DNA from: an uncultured Victivallis sp.
GTDB taxonomy: Bacteria > Verrucomicrobiota > Lentisphaeria > Victivallales > Victivallaceae
Direction: 5' to 3' (one strand)
Length of the DNA: 64,000 nt
Assembly (NCBI RefSeq): GCF_944389935.1
Contig: NZ_CALXOE010000010.1
The position numbers and the translations under genes are program-made. Positions 55,684-64,000 of the stretch are shown here, piece after piece. Below the pieces are notes generated by a model that saw nothing but the letters and a program-made list of their open reading frames with translations, was not told the DNA's origin and ran no database searches. Positions within the stretch are counted from its first letter, which is position 1. Every line of letters starts with the position of its first letter.

Positions 55684-58247
55684 TTGCTCAGATTCCTTTC
55701 CATCTGCTGATGCCAGAAGTCGCGGTAGATGCCGTCATGCGTGAGAAGTTCGCGGTGCGGCGCAAAGTCGGTCTTGACTCCCTTGTCCATCACCAGAATC
55801 CGGTCCGCCCCGCTCACGATGCTGAGCCGGTGCGAGATGATCAGAACCGTCCTCCCTTTCGCAATCGCGGAGAGATTCTCCTGAATCACGTTCTCGCTCT
55901 CCGGGTCGAGTGCGCTGGTCGCCTCGTCGAAAATCAGAATCGACGGATTCGTCAGCAGTGCCCGCGCGATCGCCAGGCGCTGCTTCTGTCCGCCGGAGAG
56001 GTTCGAGGCATTCTCTTCCAGCATCGTGTCATACCCCTTGGGCAGATTCGAGACAAATTCATGCGCTCCCGCGAGACGCGCGGCGAAGATGATCTCCTCA
56101 AGCGTCGCATTGCGCTTGGTCAGGCAGATGTTGTCCCGCACGGTCCCGTTGAAGAAATAATTCTCCTGCAGCACCACGCCGATGCTCGAACGCAGATGCG
56201 CCTTGTCGATCTCGCGCAGATCGATGCCGTCGATTTTAATCAATCCCGACTGAACCGGATACAGCCCCTGCAGCAGTTTCGTCAGCGTCGTCTTGCCGGA
56301 TCCGGAACGCCCGACGATGCCGATCGTCGAACCGCTCGGCACGTCGAGATTGAAGTTCTTGATGACCTGCGGAGTGTCCGGACGGTATTGGAACGTCACG
56401 TTCTCAAACGAGATATTTCCCCGCAGCGGATTGCGTACGCCGCCCCCCGCCGGTTCGACCGGCGTATTCATGACCACGCCGAGCATCCGCACCGACAGAG
56501 CCACCTGCTGATATTCGTGAATCAACCCCACGAGCCGGACGAGCGGCCCGGTGACCCGGCCGGCAAGCATCTGAAACGCGATGAGTGCGCCGATGCTCAT
56601 CTCATGCTTGAAAACCAGCAGCGCGCCGAGCCAGATCACCGAGACCGTCATAAGCATCTCCAGCGCCTGGCTGATCGTCCGCGCCGTCATCGAAATTTTT
56701 CCGACCCGGAAATAGGATTTGATCGCATACGCCGTCGAGTCGTTCCATGCTTTCTCTTCGACCGGTTCGATCGCCAGCGACTTCACCGTCCGGATGCCGT
56801 GGATCGATTCGACCAGCATGCTCTGGCGTTTCCCCTCCGCCTGATAAAGCTCGTTCAACCGGCTCTGGAACGGCTTGATGAGAAGCGCAATGACCAGCGC
56901 CATCAACACCGAGTAACCGAGCACCACCAGCGTAAGTTCCACACTGTAAAGCAGCAGAAACGGAATGAACACCACCAGGCTGAAAAGCTCCAGCACCGTG
57001 AAGAAGAGGTTCCCCGAGAGAAACCCGCGGATCTTCTCGGTCTGCTGCATATGCTTGAGCAGGACACCGGAGGGCACCCGCTCGAAAAATTCGATCGGCA
57101 GCCGCATGAGGTGTTTGAATGTTTTGGTCGCGGTCGAGATGTCGATCTTGTTCGTCGCAAACAAGAGCAGATAGTTGCGCAGATACTCGAGGCACGCATT
57201 GAAGAGAATCGCCGCGACGATGCCGACGCCGAGCACGTTCAACGTCTGATACGTATTGTTGACCAGCACCTTGTCGACGACGATCTGGAAGAACAACGGC
57301 GTGATGAGCGCGATCGCATTGATCATCAGCACGGCCATCGCAATCTGCCCGAAGAGCCCCTTGAGCTTCAGAAATTCCGGGATGAACCAGCGCAGCCCGA
57401 ACGGCTGCTCCTCGTCCGCGAGCTTGTAAACCCGCTTGATGAGCAGCGCTTTCCCGGCGGAGATCTCCTCAAACTCCTCCCGCTTCAGGAACTGGAACTG
57501 CTGACCCGGATGATCGGCCTGAAACGCCGGATCGACCAGCACCACCTGATCGTATTCGTTCCCCTCCTCCTCAACGTGGCGGATTCCGCAGATCACGTGA
57601 TAGGAGCCGTCTTTCTTCATGCCGAGAAACGGAAACGCCTTCCCCATGCGGGCGAGATCTTTCCATTTCAGCTTGATCCGCCTGGTTTTGAGATTGTTTT
57701 CGGAAGCGATTTCAACCAGTTGCCGAACAGAAACCTCCCCCTCGCCCACGGCGTAATCATGCAGCAGCCTCCGGATATCCAGCGGGATATTGTGGTGCCG
57801 CCCGATCGCGGTCAGTCCGAAAAGCGAACTGTGCTTGCGGTTGTCCACCGCCTGAAGCTGCCGGAAAATCAACACCGGCCCCTTGAGCTTCTCTTTCAGC
57901 TGAGAGACCGGGACGCTGATCAGCGGACTCTTCCCCTTGACCAGCGGATCGTAAAGAGTGATCGCTTCCCCCTTGATCTGCTTCAGATTCACCGCGCAGA
58001 CCCAGTTCCCATTCTCAAGCTCAAGGAGCGCCGGTCCCTGATAGGTATCCACCAGTTCCGCGACGTCCTTGTGAATCTCCGGCTCGAGCTGAAGTCCGGC
58101 CGCAAGCGCCTGAAGCCCCCGGGCCGGACTCTCTTCAAACTGAGCTTTCAATTCCGGAGAGAGCAGCGCATCGAAATTGATGTCGCGCTTCAGGTTTGCA
58201 GCCAGATTGCGCAGACACGCAATCCCGCTGGTGACAGATACATCCAC
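55680..58247 (-). CDS. Type I secretion ABC transporter (HlyB family) with two tandem C39-like domains
   Basis: FGLRWFIPE, PLFFQIVVDKVL, GRSGSGKTT, LSGGQKQR, DEATSALD; unusually long N-terminus. Confidence 0.93.
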   Translation of the reverse strand: MDVSVTSGIACLRNLAANLKRDINFDALLSPELKAQFEESPARGLQALAAGLQLEPEIHKDVAELVDTYQGPALLELENGNWVCAVNLKQIKGEAITLYDPLVKGKSPLISVPVSQLKEKLKGPVLIFRQLQAVDNRKHSSLFGLTAIGRHHNIPLDIRRLLHDYAVGEGEVSVRQLVEIASENNLKTRRIKLKWKDLARMGKAFPFLGMKKDGSYHVICGIRHVEEEGNEYDQVVLVDPAFQADHPGQQFQFLKREEFEEISAGKALLIKRVYKLADEEQPFGLRWFIPEFLKLKGLFGQIAMAVLMINAIALITPLFFQIVVDKVLVNNTYQTLNVLGVGIVAAILFNACLEYLRNYLLLFATNKIDISTATKTFKHLMRLPIEFFERVPSGVLLKHMQQTEKIRGFLSGNLFFTVLELFSLVVFIPFLLLYSVELTLVVLGYSVLMALVIALLIKPFQSRLNELYQAEGKRQSMLVESIHGIRTVKSLAIEPVEEKAWNDSTAYAIKSYFRVGKISMTARTISQALEMLMTVSVIWLGALLVFKHEMSIGALIAFQMLAGRVTGPLVRLVGLIHEYQQVALSVRMLGVVMNTPVEPAGGGVRNPLRGNISFENVTFQYRPDTPQVIKNFNLDVPSGSTIGIVGRSGSGKTTLTKLLQGLYPVQSGLIKIDGIDLREIDKAHLRSSIGVVLQENYFFNGTVRDNICLTKRNATLEEIIFAARLAGAHEFVSNLPKGYDTMLEENASNLSGGQKQRLAIARALLTNPSILIFDEATSALDPESENVIQENLSAIAKGRTVLIISHRLSIVSGADRILVMDKGVKTDFAPHRELLTHDGIYRDFWHQQMERNLSK

Positions 58248-58344
58248 GAAATATCCCCTTTCCTGACAAGGTTGTTATTCATTCAAAACCGAATCTCTCT
58301 CCACCGAAAAACAAACGACTGACCACACCTCAGTCGGCTCCGGA

Positions 58345-58689
58345 CTACCGCTCTCCGGAGGCGAGCGCCCTGACTCCGGCTTCGCGTCCGGGAAACAGCG
58401 CGAACAAAGTCAAAAAACCGCTGATGTCGAAAATCTCCTCAACCTCCTCGCGAAGAGAACACAGACCCAGTGCAACAGCCTGAGTCCGCGCCCGTTTTGC
58501 CAGCATCAGAAACACCCGCAGTCCAGCACTGCTCACATACTCAACCTCCGCGAGATCGATCAGGAATCCGATGCTGTGTTCAAGTTCCGCGGTCAATTCC
58601 TGCTCGGCTGCCGGCGAAGTCGCCGAATCAAGTCTCCCGGACAGCACGGCAATCGTCACACCGTTTTCATGCTGAAATTCGATTTTCAT
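58345..58689 (-). CDS. STAS-domain anti-sigma factor antagonist
   Basis: LSGRLD, DLAEVEYVSSAGLRVFL. Confidence 0.92.
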   Translation of the reverse strand: MKIEFQHENGVTIAVLSGRLDSATSPAAEQELTAELEHSIGFLIDLAEVEYVSSAGLRVFLMLAKRARTQAVALGLCSLREEVEEIFDISGFLTLFALFPGREAGVRALASGER

Positions 58690-58695
58690 TTCCGG

Positions 58696-59112
58696 TCACT
58701 CCCCTCTGCCGATCCGGAGCGTCAAGACATTCCGCCCCTCCTCCCGGCGATACTCCATGGAACGCACCATGCTCCGGACGAGGTAAACCCCCACTCCGCC
58801 GATATCACGCTCTTCGACGTCCCCGGTCGGAGGCGGGTCTGCCGTCATCGGGTTGAACGGCTTTCCGTCATCCCGCAGCGTCAGCGTCACCTCGGAAGCG
58901 TCAAATCCGATTCCGATCTCAATGATCCGCTCCCCGGGAACATCGTATCCGTAACGGATGATGTTGCCCGCCATCTCTTCCAGCGCAAGGTCGAGCGTAT
59001 ACCGCGATTTCCCGTCGAGCTGAAGATATTCAGGCAGCTGACGGATCTCCGCTGCGAGCAGCATGAGCTTATCGATTTCATTCGGCAGTTTGAACAGAAA
59101 ATTCCGACCCAT
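58696..59112 (-). CDS. Anti-sigma regulatory factor (RsbW-like HATPase)
   Basis: LALEEMAGNIIRYG, LRDDGKPFNP, IGGVGVYLV; start ATG 59112. Confidence 0.9.
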   Translation of the reverse strand: MGRNFLFKLPNEIDKLMLLAAEIRQLPEYLQLDGKSRYTLDLALEEMAGNIIRYGYDVPGERIIEIGIGFDASEVTLTLRDDGKPFNPMTADPPPTGDVEERDIGGVGVYLVRSMVRSMEYRREEGRNVLTLRIGRGE

Positions 59113-59188
59113 ATCGTTTCTCCCCTCCGAACTTGTCACACATTTGAGCCGGATTCCGGCCGGTATCCGAATCATCCATCCCGCCGCA

Positions 59189-59797
59189 TCAACTGCGCAG
59201 AATGTTCTTGATCCCCTCGAAAATAATCTGGGACGCCAGCGCGGCCAGAAACAAACCGGTCAGCTTGCTCAGAATATTCAACCCTTTGCGCTTGAGCAAC
59301 TTTTCCAGTTTATTTGAAAAAAAGAGCAGTGCTCCCAGCGCAAACACCGCGAAAATGATTCCGAGAATCTCGGCGATGCGCACCTCCGTCGACGGCGCAC
59401 CGGCCCCCATCACCAGCAGAGTTCCGACCGTTCCTGGACCGACCGTGTAAGGGATTGCCAGCGGAACGACCGATATGTCGCCATCGTCATTCGACTGCCG
59501 CACCCCGGTCGGGATTCCACTGCCCCTGACAACCTCGATGCCGCTGAGCAGAAGCACGATACCGGACCCGATCCGGAACGCATCGAGCGTAATTCCCAGA
59601 TAACGGAAAATCTGCTCGCCGAAAAGATAGAGCACCATCGCAATGACAAGGACCGCAATCGTCGTCCGGGCCGCCAGTTTGCGACGGGAGATCTCCTCCT
59701 CCCCGCGCGTCAGCGTCACGTACACCGACAACACGAAAAACGGCGTCAGAAGAAAAAAGATCTTGACAAACACCCCGATGATCGCACTGACAGTCAT
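59189..59797 (-). CDS. MarC-family membrane protein
   Basis: GITLDAFRIGSG, VPLAIP..VGPG, KLTGLFLAALA. Confidence 0.92.
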   Translation of the reverse strand: MTVSAIIGVFVKIFFLLTPFFVLSVYVTLTRGEEEISRRKLAARTTIAVLVIAMVLYLFGEQIFRYLGITLDAFRIGSGIVLLLSGIEVVRGSGIPTGVRQSNDDGDISVVPLAIPYTVGPGTVGTLLVMGAGAPSTEVRIAEILGIIFAVFALGALLFFSNKLEKLLKRKGLNILSKLTGLFLAALASQIIFEGIKNILRS

Positions 59798-59818
59798 CGC
59801 CCCGGCCTCTGCCTCCGT

Positions 59819-60328
59819 CTAGCGGTTCTTCAGTTCTTCCTGAAGTTCCCGGTCCGTCTTCAGGACCTGCTCCGTCTGCTTCCGGCGGAACGCTTTGAGC
59901 TTTTCAGCCAAATCCGCATCCGAAAGCGCCAGAATCGATACCGCGTAAAGAGCCGCATTTTTCCCGCCGGCTTTGCCGACCGTCACCGCCGCCACCGGAA
60001 TCCCCGGCGGCATCTGGACGATCGAAAAGAGCGCATCCAGCCCGTTGAACGGCTCCGACGCAATCGGGATGCCGATCACCGGCAAAGTCGTATGCGCGGC
60101 GACCACTCCGCCGAGATGCGCGGCCATCCCGGCCGCACAGATCACGACCTTGAATCCGTTCGCCTCCGCATTCGCCGCAAATTCGGCCGCTTCCGTCGGC
60201 GTCCGATGCGCCGACAGAGCGTGCGCCTCGTACCCGATCCCGAACTCCTCGAAAATCTTGAACGCGCCCTCCACGACAGGGAGGTCGCTCCTGCTGCCCA
60301 TCAGAACAGCAACAACCGGCTTGCCCAT
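59819..60328 (-). CDS. purE: N5-carboxyaminoimidazole ribonucleotide mutase
   Basis: MGSRSD, SAHRTP, AGMAAHLGG, PVIGIP, VQMPPGIPVA. Confidence 0.97.
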   Translation of the reverse strand: MGKPVVAVLMGSRSDLPVVEGAFKIFEEFGIGYEAHALSAHRTPTEAAEFAANAEANGFKVVICAAGMAAHLGGVVAAHTTLPVIGIPIASEPFNGLDALFSIVQMPPGIPVAAVTVGKAGGKNAALYAVSILALSDADLAEKLKAFRRKQTEQVLKTDRELQEELKNR

Positions 60329-60340
60329 GCTGCCGTCCCC

Positions 60341-60652
60341 TTACGCTTCGCTTTCGGTTTTCTCGTCCGCGGGTTTCTCGTCCGCGGGTTTCTCGTCCGC
60401 GGTTTTGTCATTCTCGGCGCCGAGAGTCGGCAGCGGGGAAGTGTTCTCTCCCGGTGTGCCGAACTCATAACTCAGCAATCCCTCGGCAATCTCGAGCAGC
60501 GCCCAGTCGAGGTAATTCTCAGAGTCGCATTTGATCATCGGACGGGCGCCGAGAGCCAGCTGCTTGGCGCGCTTCGCAGCGACGACCGAAAGAATCTGCG
60601 GATCCGGAATCATCTTCTTCGCACGCGCCAGATAGGCATTGTTCATACTCAT
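60341..60652 (-). CDS. rpoZ: RNA polymerase omega subunit with acidic repeat tail
   Basis: LSVVAAKRAKQL..G, ALLEIAEG. Confidence 0.85.
   Translation of the reverse strand: MSMNNAYLARAKKMIPDPQILSVVAAKRAKQLALGARPMIKCDSENYLDWALLEIAEGLLSYEFGTPGENTSPLPTLGAENDKTADEKPADEKPADEKTESEA
60359..60402. repeat. 15 bp tandem repeat, three copies (encodes ADEKP/T)
   Basis: TTTCTCGTCCGCGGG x2 plus TTTCTCGTCCGCGG. Confidence 0.9.
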
Positions 60653-60740
60653 AATTTGTGCATCCTCTTTAAATATCGCAAGCGAAACGCCCGTTTTCCG
60701 GGGCGTTCCGCCGCGATGGGTTCCACTTTTTTCGCGAATA

Positions 60741-62456
60741 TCAGTAATCGATGATATCGCGGTTGTTGTCGATCAGCGTCACGTCGCCGGACATGACACG
60801 CATAAAGCGCTTCTCGAACTCCGGAATCGCGTCAAGCACCCAGCGTTCCGCGATTGCGGCGCGCTCTTCGCACTTCATCGCATCACGCAGCAGCAGCAGC
60901 CCGACAAAGATGTAGGTCTCCATCTCCACGAGGCTGCGCGCCATGAGATCGTGATATGCCTGATCCTTTTTCCCGGAGACGAACGCCACAGCCTGAAGCT
61001 GCCGCTCGTACAACTCCATGACCTTGTCGCGCAGACGGGCGAGCTTGCCCTGGAAATCCAGCGAAGCGAGCTCCTTGATCCGCACGTCATTGTCGCGCTG
61101 GATCACGCCGCCGATCGCGGCGACGACCTGAAGCTGCGTCGTACCCTCGTAGATATTCGTGATACGCGCATCACGGTAGAAACGCTCGACGTTGAAGTCT
61201 TTCATGTAACCGGTGCCGCCGTGGATCTGAATCGCATCGTAGGTCACCTGGTTCGCCATTTCGGTCGCGAGCGCCTTGCACATCGGCGTCAGAACGGCGG
61301 CAACCTTGTTGTAATACTTCTGCTTCGCGCGATCCTCGGCCGTGGCTTCGCCGCGTTCGACCAGATCGTTGTATCCGTTGCGCAGGTCGACCGAACGGGT
61401 CGTCTCATACAGCAGCGCACGCGCCGCCGTGAGCTTGACCTTCATGCTCGAAAGCATGTCGTAAATCGCCGGGAACTGGTCGATCGACTTCTTGAACTGC
61501 ATACGCTCCGAGGCGTACTTCCGCGCCTCGCGGTAGGCCGCTTCCGCGATGCCGACCGCCTGGCCGCTGATCGCGACGCGCGCGCCGTTCATCAGACTCA
61601 TCACGTATTTGATGAGTCCGAAACGGCGCTTGCCGCAGAGCTGCGCCGGAACATCGTTGTACTGCAGTTCGCAGGTCGCGACGCCGTGGATGCCGAGCTT
61701 GTGCTCGATGCGGCGGACGACGAGCTGCGGGCACTTCTCGGCGATGAACATCGACAACCCGCGGCCGTCGGTCGTTCCCTCCTCCGAACGGGCCAGAACC
61801 AGGTGCACCTGCGCGCAGCCGTTCGTGATGAACCGCTTCATGCCGTTCAGATACCACTGCCCGGTCTTCTCATCCTGCCAGGCGCGCAGCCGGACCGACT
61901 GCAAATCGGAGCCGAAATCCGGCTCGGTCAGGTCCATCGAACCGTCGAACTCGCCCGAGGCGAAGCCCGGCAGATATTTCTGCTTCTGCTCTTCCGAGCC
62001 GAAGAAGCTGATCGTCTCGGCAATGTCCTGCAGACCGAAGATGTTCTGCAGCGAACCGTCGGCGCGGGAGACCATCTCGGTCATCATCGTATAGACCGAA
62101 ACCGGGAAGTTCAGACCGCCGAAGCGATGTTCGAGCATCACGCCCATCACGCCCGCCTGTTCCAGATCTTTCAGGTTCTGGACCGTCAGCGGATGATAGG
62201 TGACTTTGCCGTTCTCGAAGTGCGGGCCCTCTTCATCGACCGTGCGGCTGCGCGGCTCGATCCGGTCGCCGCAGATTTCGCCGACGATTTCAAGCACGCG
62301 GTTGTAGTTGTCGAGCGCATCCTCGAACGAGGTCGGCGCGTTGTCGAACTCCTGCGCATATTTGTAGTTCTGCTCGCGCAGAGCTGCGACTTCGGTCAGG
62401 TCGAGATTTTTCAGCGTGAAGACCAGATCGCTGTTGTCTTTGTAAAAGTTAGCCAT
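60741..62456 (-). CDS. ETF-associated acyl-CoA dehydrogenase family protein
   Basis: MDLTEPDFGSDL, KRFITNG, KLGIHG..TCEL, QIHGG.GY, RDARITNIYEGTTQLQ. Confidence 0.93.
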   Translation of the reverse strand: MANFYKDNSDLVFTLKNLDLTEVAALREQNYKYAQEFDNAPTSFEDALDNYNRVLEIVGEICGDRIEPRSRTVDEEGPHFENGKVTYHPLTVQNLKDLEQAGVMGVMLEHRFGGLNFPVSVYTMMTEMVSRADGSLQNIFGLQDIAETISFFGSEEQKQKYLPGFASGEFDGSMDLTEPDFGSDLQSVRLRAWQDEKTGQWYLNGMKRFITNGCAQVHLVLARSEEGTTDGRGLSMFIAEKCPQLVVRRIEHKLGIHGVATCELQYNDVPAQLCGKRRFGLIKYVMSLMNGARVAISGQAVGIAEAAYREARKYASERMQFKKSIDQFPAIYDMLSSMKVKLTAARALLYETTRSVDLRNGYNDLVERGEATAEDRAKQKYYNKVAAVLTPMCKALATEMANQVTYDAIQIHGGTGYMKDFNVERFYRDARITNIYEGTTQLQVVAAIGGVIQRDNDVRIKELASLDFQGKLARLRDKVMELYERQLQAVAFVSGKKDQAYHDLMARSLVEMETYIFVGLLLLRDAMKCEERAAIAERWVLDAIPEFEKRFMRVMSGDVTLIDNNRDIIDY

Positions 62457-62474
62457 GATTGGAATCCACCCCTC

Positions 62475-63497
62475 TTACGCTTTGGCCTTGAAGGCTTTGA
62501 TCATTTGCGGAATCACGGTATTCAGGTCGCCCACGATCGCATAGTGGGCGGTGCTGAAGATCGGCGCGCCCGGATCGGTGTTGATCGCGATGATCTTCTT
62601 CGACTCTTTCATACCCGCAACGTGCTGAATCGATCCGGAGATGCCGCAGGCGATGTACAGACGCGGACGCACGGTCACGCCGGTCTGACCGACCTGGTGA
62701 TCGTGATCGATCCACCCTGCGTCAACCGCCGCGCGCGAAGCGCCGACTTCGGCGCCGAGCGCCTCCGCGAGCTTGTAAATCAGCGAGAAATTCTCCTTGC
62801 TGCCGACGCCGTAGCCGCCGGCGACGATGATCTGCGCCCCCTTGAGATCGACCTCCTTGTCAGCGCGGACGCGCTCGAGGACTTTCACGACGGTCTCGAC
62901 ATCGGAGAGCGCGGGCTTGACTTTCACGAGTTTGCCTTTGCGGGTCGGGTCGGGTGCGTCCATCTTCATGACGCCCTCGCGCACGGTGACCATCTGCGGA
63001 TCGTCCCAGGTGTTCACGATCGTCGCGATGATGTTGCCGCCGAATGCGGGACGAATCTGCATGAGCTTGTTCTTGTAGCTCTTGTTGTTCTTCTTGTCCT
63101 CAAAGTCATCGATCTTGAGGTCCGTGCAGTCGGCAGTCAGGCCGCCGAGCTTCTCGGAGGCGACGCGCGGCGCAAGTTCGCGCCCTTTCAGCGTCGCGCC
63201 GAAGAGCAGAATGTTCGGTTTGTGCTCTTTCACCAGATCGACGATTGCCCGTGCATACGGCAGAACAGTGAACGGCTCAAGCCGCTCATCCTCAACGAGA
63301 TAGACCGTGTCGCACCCGTAGCTGTACAACGTTTCGACACAGTGCCCCACTTTGTCGCCGAGCAGCAGCGCCTCGGTTTTGACGCCGAGTTTGGCGGCGA
63401 GTTCGCGGCCCTTGCAGACAAGCTCAAGACTCACATCGGCGATTTTCCCGGCTTCCTGCTCGATGAAAATCCAGACATTTCCAATTTTTTCAGACAT
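62475..63497 (-). CDS. etfA: Electron transfer flavoprotein alpha subunit
   Basis: GLTADCT, RPAFGG, GASRAAVD, QVGQTG, GISG..QH..GM, AIN.D..API. Confidence 0.96.
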   Translation of the reverse strand: MSEKIGNVWIFIEQEAGKIADVSLELVCKGRELAAKLGVKTEALLLGDKVGHCVETLYSYGCDTVYLVEDERLEPFTVLPYARAIVDLVKEHKPNILLFGATLKGRELAPRVASEKLGGLTADCTDLKIDDFEDKKNNKSYKNKLMQIRPAFGGNIIATIVNTWDDPQMVTVREGVMKMDAPDPTRKGKLVKVKPALSDVETVVKVLERVRADKEVDLKGAQIIVAGGYGVGSKENFSLIYKLAEALGAEVGASRAAVDAGWIDHDHQVGQTGVTVRPRLYIACGISGSIQHVAGMKESKKIIAINTDPGAPIFSTAHYAIVGDLNTVIPQMIKAFKAKA

Positions 63498-63504
63498 GAT
63501 GCGC

Positions 63505-64000
63505 TTACCCCAGAGTGTGATCGCTGATGAGTTCGTGAATCAGAAGGCTGATGCCCTCGTCGGTCGCGGGAACGCTCTTGGCTTCGCTCGCAGTGAGCAC
63601 AACGCTCATGACGTTCTTCACCTTGGTCGGAGAACCGGGGAAACCGATCCGCCCCGGATCCGCGTCGATATCCTTCGCGGAAAATTCCCGGATGAGCAGT
63701 CCGTTCTTCTCGAGTTTCTTAAGTTCCTCATCCTGTTCAGCGCCGTCGGTGTAGTTCGCGTTTGCATGCAGCTTCGCGACTTCGGAAACGGTTTTCGCGC
63801 GCTTGAACTTCATGAGTCTCTTCGCGTTCATCGGGCGTGGATCGTTCGCGTCGATCACGGTCAGCAGCGCCGGAGTCGGGCTCTCAAGCACTTCATAGCC
63901 GCCCTCGATCGCACGGCGGACGACGACTTTGCCCGGCTCGAGGCTGCGAACCTCTTCCACATAGCAGAGCTGCGGAATCTTCAGCTTCTCCGCAATCTGC
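63505..64000 (-). CDS. etfB: Electron transfer flavoprotein beta subunit (5' end beyond the window)
   Basis: PQLCYVEE, PALLTV, G..GSPTKV; directly upstream of etfA. Confidence 0.9.
   Translation of the reverse strand, partial: QIAEKLKIPQLCYVEEVRSLEPGKVVVRRAIEGGYEVLESPTPALLTVIDANDPRPMNAKRLMKFKRAKTVSEVAKLHANANYTDGAEQDEELKKLEKNGLLIREFSAKDIDADPGRIGFPGSPTKVKNVMSVVLTASEAKSVPATDEGISLLIHELISDHTLG

Noticed and set aside
1-64000. CRISPR arrays, IS elements, integrases, rRNA and tRNA genes
   Set aside because: I saw no regularly spaced repeats, transposase or recombinase motifs, or structural RNA signatures; the intergenic gaps are short and explained.

Overview
A GC-rich bacterial chromosomal segment. 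The [28 protein letters not shown] pilin-like protein and the gene content suggest a Victivallis-like Lentisphaerae/PVC anaerobe (inference). Left to right: (1) two tandem paralogous secretin-like genes; (2) a minus-strand operon of ABC transporter, cgdA, two cgdB-like genes, urea/guanidine carboxylase, allophanate hydrolase and an alpha/beta hydrolase; (3) a NifU-like/GGGtGRT pair; (4) a ~22 kb carbohydrate catabolic island (LacI, GH130, pilin-like H-X9-DG protein, DUF5696-like hydrolase, FAD oxidoreductase, IlvD/Edd dehydratase, SDR, ROK, MBL, DUF1116, CBM9-like, GH27/36-like, large GH-A protein, DeoR, GDPD-sugar-phosphate reductase fusion, PfkB) followed by fba; (5) two carbohydrate esterases and xseB; (6) a complete trpEGDCFBA operon with an unannotated TTG-start Trp-rich leader peptide and attenuator; (7) MATE, methyltransferase, nagA, a type I secretion ABC/MFP pair, an anti-sigma/anti-anti-sigma pair, marC, purE, rpoZ, acyl-CoA dehydrogenase, etfA and partial etfB. 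I found no rRNA, tRNA, CRISPR array, transposase or integrase. The most notable observation is that the secretin pair and the guanidine/urea operon share a near-identical sigma54-type promoter (16/17 nt), each with two upstream ACAAWWTTGT palindromes. This suggests a nitrogen-controlled regulon that includes an orphan two-secretin outer-membrane channel. All product calls come from motif recognition by eye; no database searches were run.
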